Of a DNA stretch of 64,000 bases, positions 38,408-52,362 are shown in pieces. Both the position numbers and the translations under genes were made by a program. Below the pieces are notes generated by a model. That model did no database searches. It worked only from the letters and a program-made list of their open reading frames with translations, and had not been told where the DNA came from. Numbering within the stretch: position 1 is the first letter of the stretch; each line of letters starts with the position of its first letter. The stretch is from Felis catus (taxonomy: Eukaryota), in assembly GCF_018350175.1 (NCBI RefSeq), contig NC_058368.1:164240001-164304000 (forward strand), read 5' to 3'.

Positions 38408-38570
38408 CTCAAAACATCCCTTTGAGTATCCAGGTTATATTTACTTCCATTTTACAAATGAAAAAATGGAGGCAAAGAGAGTTTATGTAGCTTACTCTAG
38501 GACTAAGCAGTAAATGAAGGGGAGGGGATTCTAACTGGGATAACCTGCTACCAATCCATGCTTTAATCCT
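38408..38570 (-). mobile_element. MIR fragment (host of the Charlie element; other part about 37450-37524)
   Basis: CCATTTTACAAATGAAAAAATGGAGGCAAAGAGAGTTT core, contiguous with TTTATCCTCAAAAC on the other side of the transposon. Confidence 0.65.
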
Positions 38571-38739
38571 CTGTTTTGATATGCAGTAACACTTTACAGC
38601 CCTCACCTTATTTGACCTATGCCATTTTTCATTACTGTTGTTTCCTCTCTTACTTTTACTGTATGATTCAGGGAACTTGTTTATAGCCTCTGCAGTTTTC
38701 ATTATCCTGTAACCACCCATTTTCAAGCTGGAGTAAGTA

Positions 38740-40005
38740 CCTTAAGCCTCCTCTTTCCTATCTTACAAACTCTTGCTAGGCAATATCCATGTGCAAGCTT
38801 CAATTACCATTGATATGCAAGTGACTCAGAGATTTATATCTCCTATTCTGATTTCTCATCTGTGAAACATTTATTTTTAGCTCATTTTACATGATTTTTT
38901 TCTCTCAAACACATTCTAAATTCTGTAGGACTGTAAGCAGAACTAGGCATCCTTTTCCCATCCATGACTCCAGCCTAAAGCTATTTTTCTGTCTCCTATT
39001 GAATAAATGTTATTGCCATCTATCCACTTATAAGATAAGAGACTAGGAGTTATCCTGGTTACTTTTTTCTCCATTGATACCACTTCTTACCACCTGTAAT
39101 ATCCCCAAACTGTCATTGTATCTTATGTGGCAACCAAAATAGTCCGCCTTCCACCCATTCTCCACAATGCAGGCAGAGTGTCATGTAAGTTCAGACTTGT
39201 TTTCTTTCAGCTAAAAAAAATTCAGGGACTCTTCATTTTCTTTAGGATAAAGCCAAATACTTTAAGAAGGCCTACAAATAGGATGACAGTTACCCCAACA
39301 ACCCGATTATGCCTGTTGTTATTCATAGGAACTCATTTCACTTTCAAAAGGGCCTTGGTTTGGATGATTAACCTACATGGCCATCCTACCTAGGGAGATC
39401 CTGCCTGATTTGGTGTCTGATATCATATACAAAGCTCTCTCTTACTCTGAAATTCACCATAAATGCCTTTCTTCAAGTCCATGGGTTACAAGCATTTTTA
39501 TTCACTTATCTCCTATTATTTTTTTCAGATTTCATCTCAGACTTCCCATTTTAGGGTAGGCTTTCACATTCTACCTGATTCAGCCCCATAGCACTATAAA
39601 CAGTGTCTATTGTAGCTCTTGTTTCATTTGTGGTGGGTGGTTTTGTGATAAATTTCTATAACCCATTTTTTAAAATGTTTTTATTTATTTTTGAGACAGA
39701 GAGAGACAGAGCATGAGCAGGGGAGGGGCAGAGAAAGGGGGAGACACAGAATCTGAAGCAGGCTCCAGGCTCTGAGCTGTCAGCACAGAGCCGGACGCGG
39801 GGCTTGAACTCACAGATTGTGAGATCATGACCTGAGCTGAAGTCGGATGCTCAACCAAATGAGCCACACAGGCGCCCCTATAACCCATTTTAGACTATAA
39901 GCTTTGTGGGGGCAAAGAGTGTGTCTTTTTAGCTCACTGCTGTATCCTCAGTGTCTTTCAATATTTGGACAGAATGTGCATTCAATAAAATTTTTTGAAT
40001 AAATT
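38740..40005 (+). mobile_element. L2 LINE 3' region (interrupted by a SINE)
   Basis: CTTCAATTACCATTGATATGCAAGTGACTC... through TAGACTATAAGCTTTGTGGGGGCAAAGA...CATTCAATAAAATTTTTTGAATAAAT. Confidence 0.7.
39670..39878 (-). mobile_element. Can-SINE nested in an L2 3' end
   Basis: SINE body. TSD TATAACCCATTTT at 39657-39669 and 39879-39891. Confidence 0.96.
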
Positions 40006-40229
40006 CTCAATGCATGAGATATTCATATTCTTTGCTAACCTTTGTGAAAAAAATGTTAACTATTTTTAGATACTCTTTTAAAATGCAAATATGAATAGCT
40101 TTAAGCATTGTTAAGATCTCTTTTTTTCTGAGTTAATCAGAGAATTTCTCCTCTCCATAGGAAGAGCCAATGGAATAAAACTAGAATGGGAGAAAGGGAA
40201 AGATCACTCAAGAAGAGAGAAGTGACAGG

Positions 40230-40231
<2 letters not shown>

Positions 40232-40273
<42 letters not shown>
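40232..40273. repeat. (GT)n microsatellite
   Basis: Direct read. Confidence 0.97.
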
Positions 40274-40275
<2 letters not shown>

Positions 40276-41785
40276 AGTTTGGAGGAGGAGGAAGTTGATG
40301 ACTTCTGCTTTGCAACCCTACAGGGGAAAACCTCAGGTGAGATGCAGACACCCATGCAATTTTAGAATTTAACCACTGGAGAAAAATATTTGGATATAGG
40401 CAAGCCAATGGACCTTTTTGTTTTTCTATTTTTCCATGGTCAGAGAGTTCATTTTTGGCTCACTGGTCCTGCCAGCACAATGGCATTTGTTGCAGCTCAC
40501 TGAAGGAGAGACGAGAGAAAACGGTGCAGTTGTGTGCCAGATAAAGGGGTAGTTGGAGAGGGGTTACTGTACCTTTGTTTAATGAGCACATGGAGGACAC
40601 AACCTCTGCCCCCAAGTCTTCAGAATTTTCCAGAAGTTCAATATTGATATAATACCCTGAGTCATAGGTAATTTGATAATGACCTTTGTTATAAATGCCT
40701 TGAAGAAAGCTTCCTTAAAAGGGGTCACTCTGGGATCATGCTAAATTTGATAAATGTCCTCACATATTTTAGCCCATTGGTTGTCAGTGGATTGAAAAGT
40801 ATAAACTCTGGATTCTAATGGCAGGCACTTTTTTAAAGCTAAAATTATGAAAGCATCAAATGACCTCTGATCTACAGGACAGCAGGAGACACTTCACATT
40901 GCTTTTCTGACCTGCAAAGTGGCACATGACTCCTATAATTACATGATTCAAAGCTCTTCCTAAGCCTCTCACTTCCACCTTGAAGGCAGATGATGTAACA
41001 GCCACATGTCAAAGCATCTGAGAATATATTGAAGACCTCTGGTATTTAGTTTATTTAGCCCCAAGGCGTGGTATATAATCTATTCACTTGAAAGGTACCA
41101 GACACATTTGAAATACAATTTGGTATTGTACATTTTCTGTGACTTAATTGTAGTGCTTGTTGAGCAGTTTGTACAAATTTTCCCAATGACTAGTATTCAG
41201 TCATAATGACAGTGACTAACAGTATTAGACATTTTTATAATATAAGTAACAAAACTTATTTTAACAGTCAAAATTTTCTTTCCTCATAATTTTCTATAAC
41301 TTTCCATTTGGTGATTATTGCCCTCTAACTTTGCGATTTTAATGTAGTCAATGATACCGATATGTAGAGAAGGAAAACTTTTAATCTGTCATCTCCATTA
41401 AATATGTAGAAATAATGATTGTTCCTACCAATCTAGAAAACTAAAGAAATCGATTTTAATTAATTCAGATCTCATCATAAATTCATTATTAACTTACTTG
41501 TTAAACTTTGCCTTATTTTGTTTTTTTGTTTTATAGGCAGTTATCAAAATAAATCTCTTTTATAATTAAGAACTAGAAAGAAATAAAATAATGTACATAT
41601 AAAAACTCCAAAACTTGATAGTTTTGAAATTTTTTGTTCAAATTTTTAAATGTTATATTTTTTCACTTAGAATATAAATTAAATGCCACCTAAGAACATA
41701 TTTCTAAGTGAATGATTCATTTTGGAATTTGAATTGTTTTATTATACTTTGCTCCATAAATTTTAAAATAAATGCTCTATTAATA

Positions 41786-41818
41786 TTTGACTGATAAATG
41801 TTTGACTGATAAATGTTT
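41786..41818. repeat. Perfect 15-bp tandem duplication
   Basis: TTTGACTGATAAATG x2 plus TTT. Confidence 0.95.
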
Positions 41819-44800
41819 ATTAAACACTAGCAGTGGTGAGCATCATAATTAAAACTATCAATTTTTAATAACCAATGTTCATTAAATACACATTTTGACA
41901 TCCCTTTATTATAGAATGTGACACACTGAATTGTCATTATTTCTTTAAATGTCTCTTATCACATCATCTCTAAGAACATCTATCTATTGGAAAACCATTG
42001 TGATTTATTTAAATTTGTGTCTACTGAACAAGCACAATTTCTGGTGCATGGCCAGGACTCAAGAATGCCTTGTTGAATGGATAAAATATCTAAAATGTAT
42101 ACATATTTACAAGGGGGAAACTTATGAGAAAGAGAATTGGTCATCCAAAACCCAAATTTAGACAGAAACTAAAACATATATATTAGCAAAAAGAGTTGCT
42201 GGGGAATCAGTAGAATTGGTATGTTTAGTTTACATATGTAAACTATGTATGTATATGTGTGTTGGGGGTGGCTGTCAGCATGACAGGGTCAAGGACAGTG
42301 GAGGATGAGCATCCCATTGGGTCTGAGACATTTAAGGTAGACTTAACTTAGCAACATCATCCTAAAAATTTGTTGACTCATTCAACAAATGTTTATTGAA
42401 TTTGCTTGCTGTTTGTACTGTTTTAAATTGCAAGGATGCAGCAGTAGATAAAGCAGGGCCTCTACTCAGCTCACTCTTTAGTCAATGAAAAAAAAGTTTT
42501 GAAGGATAAAGAGAGTTCATTTGTTACAGAGACAACAGGAAGATATTTTGCCATTGAAAGGACAACATTTTAGATCATCTCTGAAAAAAGAGATGCTTAG
42601 AGAAGAGTTTTCAGGATTTCCACCTAATTCTCTGAATGCTGGACAGATTTACCTGGAAAGAAATTTATTCCTATTGTCTGACCAAACCCCCACACACTGC
42701 ATTTTTAGCCAGTTTCTTCACAGTCTATCCATAATGGGTATGAAGGTAAAGGGAAGATAAATGCTAGGATGGAATAAGGAACAGGAAAGGACTGTTTAAC
42801 ACAAAAGAAGAAATAGGAATAAACGAATATTACATTATATTTAGATTTTATTTCCAGAGCAAGTAGAAATGAGAAAAAAGAATTTATGAGAACAACATGC
42901 TGCTTGGCTAAGATCTCATGTGACTATATTCAAACCAAAGTATTAATTTTACACCCTCATATTTCTTTAGAATATTTTACTCAATGTGGTGAGCAAATAT
43001 TTTTAATCCACCTTCTTATTTACTTCTCTGTAAAATTCAACATATTATAATTTTCTTTACCACTTAAGTGCAGATCTCCTTTACCATCTTTTGTAATTTT
43101 TATCTATTTTTCTTTTATATATGTGATCCCCAAAATATACCATGATTATATTTTTGTGGAAAATTGTTATGTTTCTATTATTTTGTTTCTAATATTATGT
43201 TTCTAATATTTTCTAATATTAATAATATTTCTATTATTAAAAATCATCTTTCTCTTTAAACATTAGAAATCACACATTTTTATATTAGAGAAGCCCTGAG
43301 ATTTCTTTGGAGGGATGCTTGAAGTTGTCTCTTTATTAAAACTCTATCTTGACCTATTATTGAAGAAGAGACATTTGCTCATATCAAAACTAGTGAGGTA
43401 ATGGAGAATGTAGGAGACTTGTTTCTTCCCCTGTTGAAGCCACTAATATATACCACATCTCTCAGTAATGTACGTTACTTTACCACCTTGATCACTCTAC
43501 TTTCCATATCATTCAACATGGTGCAAAAAATAGTCATTTTCCTGTGCCACTTATAATTTTATTGCTTTGGTTTTCTAATTTTTTTTTATTTTGCATAAAT
43601 GTATTTTAATAAGTTAATACAGCCTAAGACAAAATATCATTCTAAGACAAGGTAAAAATATGTAGATAATCTCTATGACCATTTTTTTTCTTTTTGTACT
43701 TCCAAATTCACCAATTGGTTTTCATGTACTCTGCATTGAAATTAAAATCTTGCTACTGCCTATAAACCCAGTCTTCCTTCTGCATAGTCTAGTTTTATAA
43801 GGACAGACACATTTTTGTAGGTAGATTCATCAATTCACTGAAAATTGTGTAATTTAACAGCCTCCAGGCTGTGCAAATTTAGAGACTTAGGTATTCTTCA
43901 ACTCAAGTGCAGTTGATTAACCTAAGGATTTAGTAGTTAATACAAGTTACACATTTGCACAGTCATTCCTAATGTTTATAAAGGTGTAAGGTTTGCATAA
44001 CATTTGCATTGTTATCCTTGTCAATCAGCTTTAGCCATTCTTAGCTTGATAAGACTAGACAGGTGGTTGAGATATGTATAGAAGCATGAGGCTGAGAAAA
44101 GCAGTTAATGTATTTGGTCACATAAGATAAAGTCAAATGCAGGATCAAGAATGGGTTCCTTAGTGACCACCAAATTTATTGGACATCATTTTTCATTTTA
44201 AAGTATTTAGGACTATTAGTCTGATTCTTCATTTTCTCTTAACTGCAGTATTTTCACTAGTTGTGGTCCTACTTTGCCCTTTTCAAAAGTTACCTTCCTA
44301 TGTGGTTGCTCTTTTCCTTTTCTAATGATAGCACACAAGAAAATCATTTAAGCCATAACCTCTAAAGCCACTTAATCAAATCTTACCTATAAAATGGAGT
44401 GTGTATTCTCACCACAGTACATTCACTTTGGCATTAGAAAAGTAAAATCTTAATTTTTAGAGTGACAGAGTTGAAAGGATTCTACCACAAAATGTGCATG
44501 ATGACATTTACACAGCCTCAATGACACAACACTTGAGAATGAGAGCTCCACGTCTCTTGACTGTGGCCCACCTGCAAGTCATTATAGACCATAAAATGTT
44601 TCTCAAGTCCTGACCATATTATTTATAGAGCTTGACCAGCCTGTCAGAGAATAATAACGGCATTTTATACTTCTGCTGTGCCCTACATCTCAATGTTCCT
44701 TACCAACATGAATAAATTCTTGTATCACTTCTGTGCGGTATTGGATAAATATTATGACATCAAGTTTTACAGATGGGGAAGTAGAAAATGAAGTACAGAT

Positions 44801-45278
44801 GTTAAACAATTTTATCCAATCCCAAGTCACTATGTAGCACTTTTCTACCGGCCATATAAATAATATCAAGGATCAACACTGATGTGTAGGAAAGTAGGGA
44901 TGGGTGGAGGGAAGTGGGGCTCATTTAAGTAAATTGAATATAGAAAAGCCACAGTGGGAGTAGTTAAGCTAAGAAGATGATTAAAGAAAAAAAGAGGGAT
45001 TAAGTCACTATGATTTATTTATAGTCTCTATCCTACTAACTTCCATAAAGGATTTGAAATTGGAGAATTAGGATGTCTCTTCTCCCCTAGGGTATTTCTG
45101 CAGGAAAAAGCAATGAGAATAGATACCAGGGAGAAAATTGTGAAGATTACTGATGAGGGATTATTGTTCAGTTGGTCTGATTATATTTTGTATGAATGAG
45201 TTTGTAAGATGGACTAAGGAGAGTTGATTGAGAATTCATATCTATTATATCTTCAGCACTAGCACTCTCATCTCCATA

Positions 45279-45493
45279 CTTTTCTTTTTTTTTTTAGTTT
45301 ATTTATTTTGAGACAGAGAGAGAGAGAGCACGAGTGGGGGAGGGATAGAGAGAGAGGGAGAGAGGAATCTCAAGCAGACTCAGCACTGTCAGCTCAGAGC
45401 CTGACATGGGGCTTGATCCCACAAACCATAAGATCATCACCTGAGCTGAAATCAAGAGTCAGACACTTAACCAACTGAACCACCAGGTGCCCC
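45279..45493 (-). mobile_element. Older Can-SINE
   Basis: T tail, GA region, ends ACCACCAGGTGCCCC. TSD degenerate. Confidence 0.92.
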
Positions 45494-45954
45494 ATCATCT
45501 TTAGTCTTTTTTTCCCCTTAATCTTTATTCACATCTACTCATAGCTGGTCACTTCCCCACTGTGTTTTATATCTATATTTATACATAGATATACATATAT
45601 ATTTAATAGTATATAATTAAATATTAATATACAATATAAGTAACATAAACTTAACATTTATATAACTATATAATATATTATACATGTATAATGCATACAT
45701 AGTATATATTATATATCTATATACCACTATTTTGTCTTAATATTTTTATTTTCTCAGAAACTCAGATTAAACTAAGATTCACTCCACATGCAGATTCCAT
45801 GTGATTTAGTAACTATTTGGATAATTATGTCTTTAATATCTATCTCCTATAATAGACTTCATGACAGGAGTAACCATATGTCAAGTCTCCACCTCTACTT
45901 CTTTCTCTGGTACCACAGGGTCTGGCATATGATAGGTGCCTAATAAAAGTTAAA

Positions 45955-45982
45955 AAAATGTTTTCTCTATTGTTTATTTATT

Positions 45983-46032
<50 letters not shown>

Positions 46033-46189
46033 GGAGGGGCAGAGAGAGAGAGGGAGACACAGAATCAGAAGCAGTCTCCAATCTCTGAGCTGTCAGCCCA
46101 GAGCCCGCCCTGGGGCTTGAGCTCACAAACTGCAAGTTCATGACCTGCACTGAAGTCAGAGGTGTAACAGACAGCCACCCAGGTGCCCC
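45955..46189 (-). mobile_element. Can-SINE with long (GA)n, inserted in an L2 tail
   Basis: SINE body ending CAGCCACCCAGGTGCCCC. TSD core AATAAAAGTT at 45942-45951 and 46194-46203. Confidence 0.92.
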
Positions 46190-46599
46190 TCACAATAAAA
46201 GTTTTGTGAAAGAGTCTTTCACAGGGATAGAGTATACTGTGCCAGTGGAATATATAAGACATTCGTGGAAAGTAACTTTAGAGAGTAAAAGGGCTTTAAT
46301 TTTTTTTTTTTTACCTATGGAGAAGCTGGGCTTCAAGTGAATAATATAAACAGTATGAATGAAACATTTGAGAGAAAGCTCTAAAATCAAATTAATATGG
46401 AGTTTATTATCATCCTGAGAACAAATTAAACGGGAGGATTCACAGTTATTCATTTTTCTAGTGAACAGAGGATTAAGTGGGAATAGTTATTGCACAACAA
46501 AAAATGCACTGAAAAGAATTTGGTTCTATTAAAATACTACAGATAGTTTCTTGATTACTCTGAAGTATCATGGATATTTCCTTGATTGCTTTGTTTTAG

Positions 46600-47935
46600 G
46601 CAGTAGAAATTGACTGGCAGTCAAGATGCTGAACTTCGTGGAAGTTACATTTAACCATATGGAACCAGACATTACATACATAAACAAGCAATATAAATAT
46701 GGCCATTTTGGATGATAGTATTACAAAGAAAATAATATAGTGTTGTATTAAGGAGTGACTAGAATAAAGATGGAGACAGATAGCATTTTTAATATGATTG
46801 CTTGAGTCAGTTTCTCTAAGGACACTGCATGTGAACTGAATCTAGAAGGATAAAAAAGGAATTAGACACATTAAGAGCTGGGGGCAGAACATCCTGGGGT
46901 GGCGGTGGGCTCGCAGCTGTCAGCACCAAATGCAGAGGACCTGAGGTGGGTAAGCTGTCACTGGCACATCCATGTCATTTTAGACATAGTTGTAGAGAGG
47001 ACCATTATAAAAGGAGGCTAGAGACAGGCAGGAATTTTTCTTTGGCCCTGCTACTAAAAAAGTGTGGTCCACAGAAAGCTTTTAAATAGTGAATTTACGT
47101 GGTAGTGAGTTTATGTGGTCTAATTTACTTTTTTTAAAGGATAGCTCTGGGTCTTATGATAAGAATGGAATGTATAATAACCACAGAGGAGGTGGAGAGA
47201 GGTAAGACTTTCTTGCAGAAATCTGGGTGACATTGTGGTGACTGGGAGTAGGAAGGTGGCATTACAGGTGGAGATGTATAGAAGTGAGTATCAGTAGAAC
47301 TGAGCAAGTACTGTTGGGCTGGTTGTGCAAGAAAAATATTTAAACTAAAATATGTTTCATGGATACTTGGTGTAAGCAATGGATTAATGGTGGTATCATC
47401 CACTAAGATGGGTGAAAGTCTAAGAGAGGAACAGATATGGGAGTTATAACAAGGAGTTTGAATTGAACATTAAAAATATCCAGTTGGCCTTTGTTAAGTT
47501 AGACTTTCCTAGTAGATAACTGTACTGCAAGTATATGTTATGTAAGGTCACTGGACTGTGTAAGAATACCTAGATGTGAAATGTAAGGAATATGTCAGAC
47601 TTAGGCCCTGAAATATTCTAGCATATAAATATATTATAAATACCTGTTACTTAAAATATGTTCCATGGGCCTACAGCATCAGCATCACATGAAATATTAC
47701 TAGAATTATAGAATTGCCAGACTTACTTATAATCTGATTTTTTCAGGAAGTTCTACTGTACAGCATTATATTATAATCAACAAAGAAGACTAAATTGGTA
47801 TAATGATTGAAGCAGAAGGAATAACTAGGAACATATAGTCCCAGAAACAGCAAAATAAGAAAAGGTTTTAGGCATGAAGAAGTGGTGAAAATTACGAAAT
47901 GCCCCTCATAGGTCAGATAAGGTAAGAACAGACAC
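46600..47935 (-). mobile_element. Degenerate L2 LINE with a small MER5A-like hAT fragment at about 47645-47760
   Basis: Purine-rich L2 antisense motifs (GAACTGAATCTAGAAGGATAAAAAAGGAATTAG; TGGTGGTATCATCCACTAAGATGGG) and CAGCATCAGCATCAC. Confidence 0.6.
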
Positions 47936-48379
47936 TGTTTTTTTGAATTTTATCCCAGTTTACTTTCTTGCAGAATTAGTTTAAAATTTTGCACATTATT
48001 ATTAATTAGCATAAAACATACTCCATTGGCTCTCATTAGCTCCTTTATATTGTTCTGCCTCTAGTACTAACTCATTATTCTCCTTCTTTCTTCAGAAAAA
48101 CCTATCAAAAGAACTGATAAAATTATTGTCTCTGTGTCTTCATTTCTTATTTCCTCTTCAATGAATTTCAATCTGGTTTCTCTCCTTATCCTCCAGTTAT
48201 GGAGGATAGAATAATCTTACAGCTGGACTGGTAAAGTTTAATGCTTCTTTTGGGAATCTTAGATATTTTCTTTGAATATGAAAAATATTAAAAAAATACT
48301 TTTAAATAAGTATTGCTAAATAGGCCAATTTTATGTTCATTATGGATATAACTTCCATCTCCACATAGCAATCATATCT

Positions 48380-48790
48380 GGGATTGAATGGCGCATCTAT
48401 ATACAAGCGTAGCATAAAAATGAGTTTAAATAATCACCTTCATGGTAAAGTGGATAAAATTAATACTGCACCAAGGGATCTGTCAAGATAAATAGAAAGA
48501 GGAAATTGAAGATGTTGACAGCTATATCTATCTGGGTCATGTGTTGATGGGGAATTTAGCAGAAGAAAAAAGCTAGAGTGTATAAAAAATAGTCTACATC
48601 ATTAGGTGAAGAGCTGCTAAAAATAAGAAGAAAGGAAAAAAAATAAAAAAGCTATATAATTCTACCATCCTGTCTCCTGCTGTGCAAGTACCACATGTCT
48701 GAAAGATGCCACTAAATGCTGGTTGAGAGCTCTAGCAAAAGGATGTAATCTTTAAGTAACTCAAGGTGCAGTGGAACAGAAAATGCACTC
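48380..48790 (+). mobile_element. RTE-clade LINE fossil (L4-like) reverse-transcriptase fragment
   Basis: 48499-48540 translates EEIEDVDSYIYLGH (RTE-type IExVxxYxYLG motif). Near 48757 GTAACTCAAGGTGCAGTGGAA gives VTQGAVE, similar to RTE VTQRAMER. Confidence 0.6.
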
Positions 48791-50261
48791 AGCCCTACTG
48801 ATGTATTGTGCTTGGGCTGAGTTATAGTGTGGCAGTTATAGTTATAGGGAAGGTAATGAATAATTCAATTAAGTTTAATTTTTTTCCTTAAGTTATAGAG
48901 CTAAACACTGTTCTAAATATCAAGATTTGTAAGTCTATCACATAGCATTTAATGGCAAAGGAAAGGTATGTTTATCAACATGTTACTGGAGACAGCAGCA
49001 AATGCAAATTCCCGAAGTACAGGTGAAGTGTTGTGTGCATTGAGGAATGAGGAAAGGAATAATCATATTAAGTTTTGGGGATGAGAAGAGATCTCCTGAA
49101 TAAGAAACCTACATTTTCTGTGCGTCCCCAATACCAGTCATTAGACCTGTTCCATAGGCACACACAAAATATAGGTTGAGCACCTAACTAAATGAGATAG
49201 AAGTTTAAGAAAATTTAAGAAAGGGTCAAAATATATAAATGGAGAGAAGGAAGGTGAATTAAGATACCAAATTAGGGAATAGTGGAGGGTATTCTGAAGA
49301 ATAGCAAATGAATCACTGTAACAGGAATATACAATGGGTGGGGACATGGACATGAAGTGCATGGTTTTGCTCTTTGTGATGTCCAACCATGTTCTGCTAG
49401 ATGAGCCGTGTGCCCTGGTATGCAGGGTACGCTTATCCAAAGGAAGAGACCTTTTTCTTTTCACAAAGGTGATCATGTGCTCTAGCCTAGATGTGTGCCT
49501 GCAGGATTATATCTTCCTAGAATTGGTGTTTTTTTCTAATTTGCACAAATGTGCCCTACAGAATATGGTGCTTTTGTATAAGACGATAGTGGGAGGATGA
49601 GTTTGGAAAGATAAGTTAAGGCCACATAACAGAGGATCCTGACTATTTCTAGGACTCTGTTCTTAATTCAGGAGGCAGTGGGAAAACCTAATCAAGGAGC
49701 ATTTTTCAGTAGAGAAGGGCCATGTTTGGAGCTGCAAACCAGATCTTGTAACAGTTGGAATCAGAAGCAACGGGAGGGGTAAGATCAATTAGAGGAGCAG
49801 GCCACAGAGCTTTACTTAATATAATAAGACAGTATATTTTATGGATTAGTTCACAGAGATTATGGTAACTATGTGATTAATCAGTTTGGTCAAGTGTGGA
49901 AGCACATCTGCATTAGTAGACATATGAAATCAATGTATATGACTAATAGAAAAAAATAGCTTCCGCATATGTACATGTTATATAAGCAAGACAAAAGTTG
50001 TGTAATTAAAAACCCCATGTTTATAGGACAGTTTCTACATTCCAGGCACTGGTCAGGGTATAGAGATGAATAAAACATAGTTCCTGCTACGTGAATGACA
50101 GTAATAAATATCTTTTCTTGACATTTCTGGAATTTAATCATTTTAAGCTAAATGTTTACATATGAATGAAAAGATAAGAGTATCTTTTATCATAGTTATT
50201 TGTTCCTACTTTTCTCTATTATTTTACTCTTCTTTCATTTTTACACGAGAAAATCACCTTT

Positions 50262-50278
50262 TTAAAAGTTTATTTATT

Positions 50279-50324
<46 letters not shown>

Positions 50325-50478
50325 CCAGCAGGGGAGGGGCAGAGAGAGAGGGGGACAGAGGATCCGAAGCATCCTGCTGACAGCAGACAGCCTCATGCAG
50401 GGCTTGAACTCATGAACTGTGAACTCATAACCTGAGCCAAAGTTGGACGCTTAACCTCCTGAGCCACCCAGGCACCCT
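50262..50478 (-). mobile_element. Can-SINE with long (GA)n
   Basis: SINE body. TSD GAGAAAATCACCTTT (50247-50261) / GAGAAAATCAACTTT (50479-50493). Confidence 0.94.
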
Positions 50479-50949
50479 GAGAAAATCAACTTTATTCAAA
50501 ATGGTATGACAAGAGTTCTTATGATTCCTCAATTATATCTAAGTAAATAAACAAATAACCTTTAAATCTTATGTTTATTCATAAGATTTGTGAATATGTT
50601 ATTCCTGATTCAGAGGTTGTAATACTTTAGTTTTTAGCCTACCACATTATTAATAAAAGCATCAAATTAAAGTAGATATATATTTAAGATGTCAGGCACT
50701 ATATTTAAGGTTGAACAGGATCAATGAGTTATTTTTTGTTCTAACACTATTGTTAATGAATTTCCATTATATCTGGAAAATCTATATTGGTACTAGAAAC
50801 AATAGAAATAAATTAATTAAAAATTGATTCAAATAATTAAAAATAGAATTGGATTTAGGACAAAGAACTGGGATGATGAGAACCCATATCAGGGTGAGAA
50901 TAGATTGGGCCGTAATTCAAGTTTGTGGGGAGGGAGGATTTTTAGACAG

Positions 50950-51362
50950 TTTCCATTTGTTTCTCCCAGTTTGCTCTCTACTGCTTTCATTCTGTTTTCA
51001 AAGCCAGCATTCCTACCCTTGTGGACTTTCTTGCATTCAGTAGGGTTCAGCTAATGGGAAGGTATTTATTCTTCTGACTTCCCCTCTGCAGGTCTATCTT
51101 GGGTTGGCTATATGTCTCATTGAAGTTCACTGCTCTTCCAACAGTGACCTTCTCTCACTATCACCTTATGTATTTCAGTAAACATTCCCTCTTGCTCCTT
51201 TGGGTCTTCTAGGGCTTCTAACAATTCTGCTTCTCCTAGCCAGAAATTATCCCACAGTTTTTTGCAGTGTTGTAAAATTTTGTAAATAATCTCTTTTTAA
51301 ACTCTCTTCAAATTTTCCTAATATGAGAGTGACACCTCTTTTCTTTTGGGGACACTGAGAGA
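50950..51362 (+). mobile_element. ERVL LTR remnant (LTR33A-like)
   Basis: GGGTTCAGCTAATGGGAAGGTATTTATTC...TTGTAAATAATCTCTTTTTAAACTCTCTTCAAAT motifs. Confidence 0.5.
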
Positions 51363-51867
51363 ACAATAGAGCAGGAGGTTGTAACAGTATGTGCTGTATT
51401 AAGCAGAAGGAATATCCAGATATTGCCTAGAGGGTGATATTCAGATACTATTAAGATTGAGAACACTCAGCTAGGCAGAGGAACAATCCCTTGGAGAACA
51501 GAAATTAGATATTAGAGAAAATAGCCAGGTCTAAAGTTCCGGAAACCATCAGAATATAAGAATTAAAAGATAAGGAGAAAACGTGGTAAAACAGACACGA
51601 AAAGAAGGAGCTCGATATTAAAGACAACCACTTTATTTCCCCACTTGTCTGAATAACTGCAGGGACAAGAACACTTATGTATCCCTAACTGGTTGAGCTT
51701 CTTATTGGAAGCGCATAGCCGAGATAATGGGGGTAGAGGCATATATGTTGATCTTACCCAGATCTCTGCCAGGTATTCTACCAAGTCTGAATCTCCACTT
51801 TTTATAGTCCCTGAGGATAAAATAGGTAACTCATAGTGAATGAAATTAGGAAGAATTATCCAGGTGG

Positions 51868-52362
51868 TATGGTAGGCCAGAATGATAACCCCCAAAGAGG
51901 TCCACATCTTAATCTCCATAACCTGTGAATATTTTACCCTACACAGCAAAGGGACTTTGTAGATGTCATTTAATGTTAGGTATTTGAGAGTGGGAGATTA
52001 TCCTGTATTATCTGGTGGGCTCAATCTGTTGACATGTATGAGGCTCTAAGAGCAGAGAACCTTTCCTGACTGTGGCCAGAGAAATGGATGAGACAAAGGA
52101 AAAAAGAGTCCGAGAGATGTGACTTTTCTGGCTTTGATGGTGGACAACAAGCCCACCAGCCAAGGAATGTGGGTGGCATCTAGAAGTTAGAAAAGACAAG
52201 GAAATGTATTTTCACCTAGAGTCAACTGAAAGGAATATAGCTCAGCCCAAACCTTGATTCTTTCCTGGTAGGATCCATTTTGGACTCATGGAAACATAGA
52301 TGATAAATTCATCTTGTTTTAAGCTAGTAAGTTTGTTAAAACAGCAATGAAAAATTTATACT
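51868..52362 (+). mobile_element. MaLR solo LTR (MLT1D-like)
   Basis: TGGTAGGCCAGAATGATAACCCCCAAAGAGGTCCACATCTTAATC...AAAGGGACTTTGTAGATG...TTTGTTAAAACAGCAATGAAAAATTTATAC. Confidence 0.88.
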
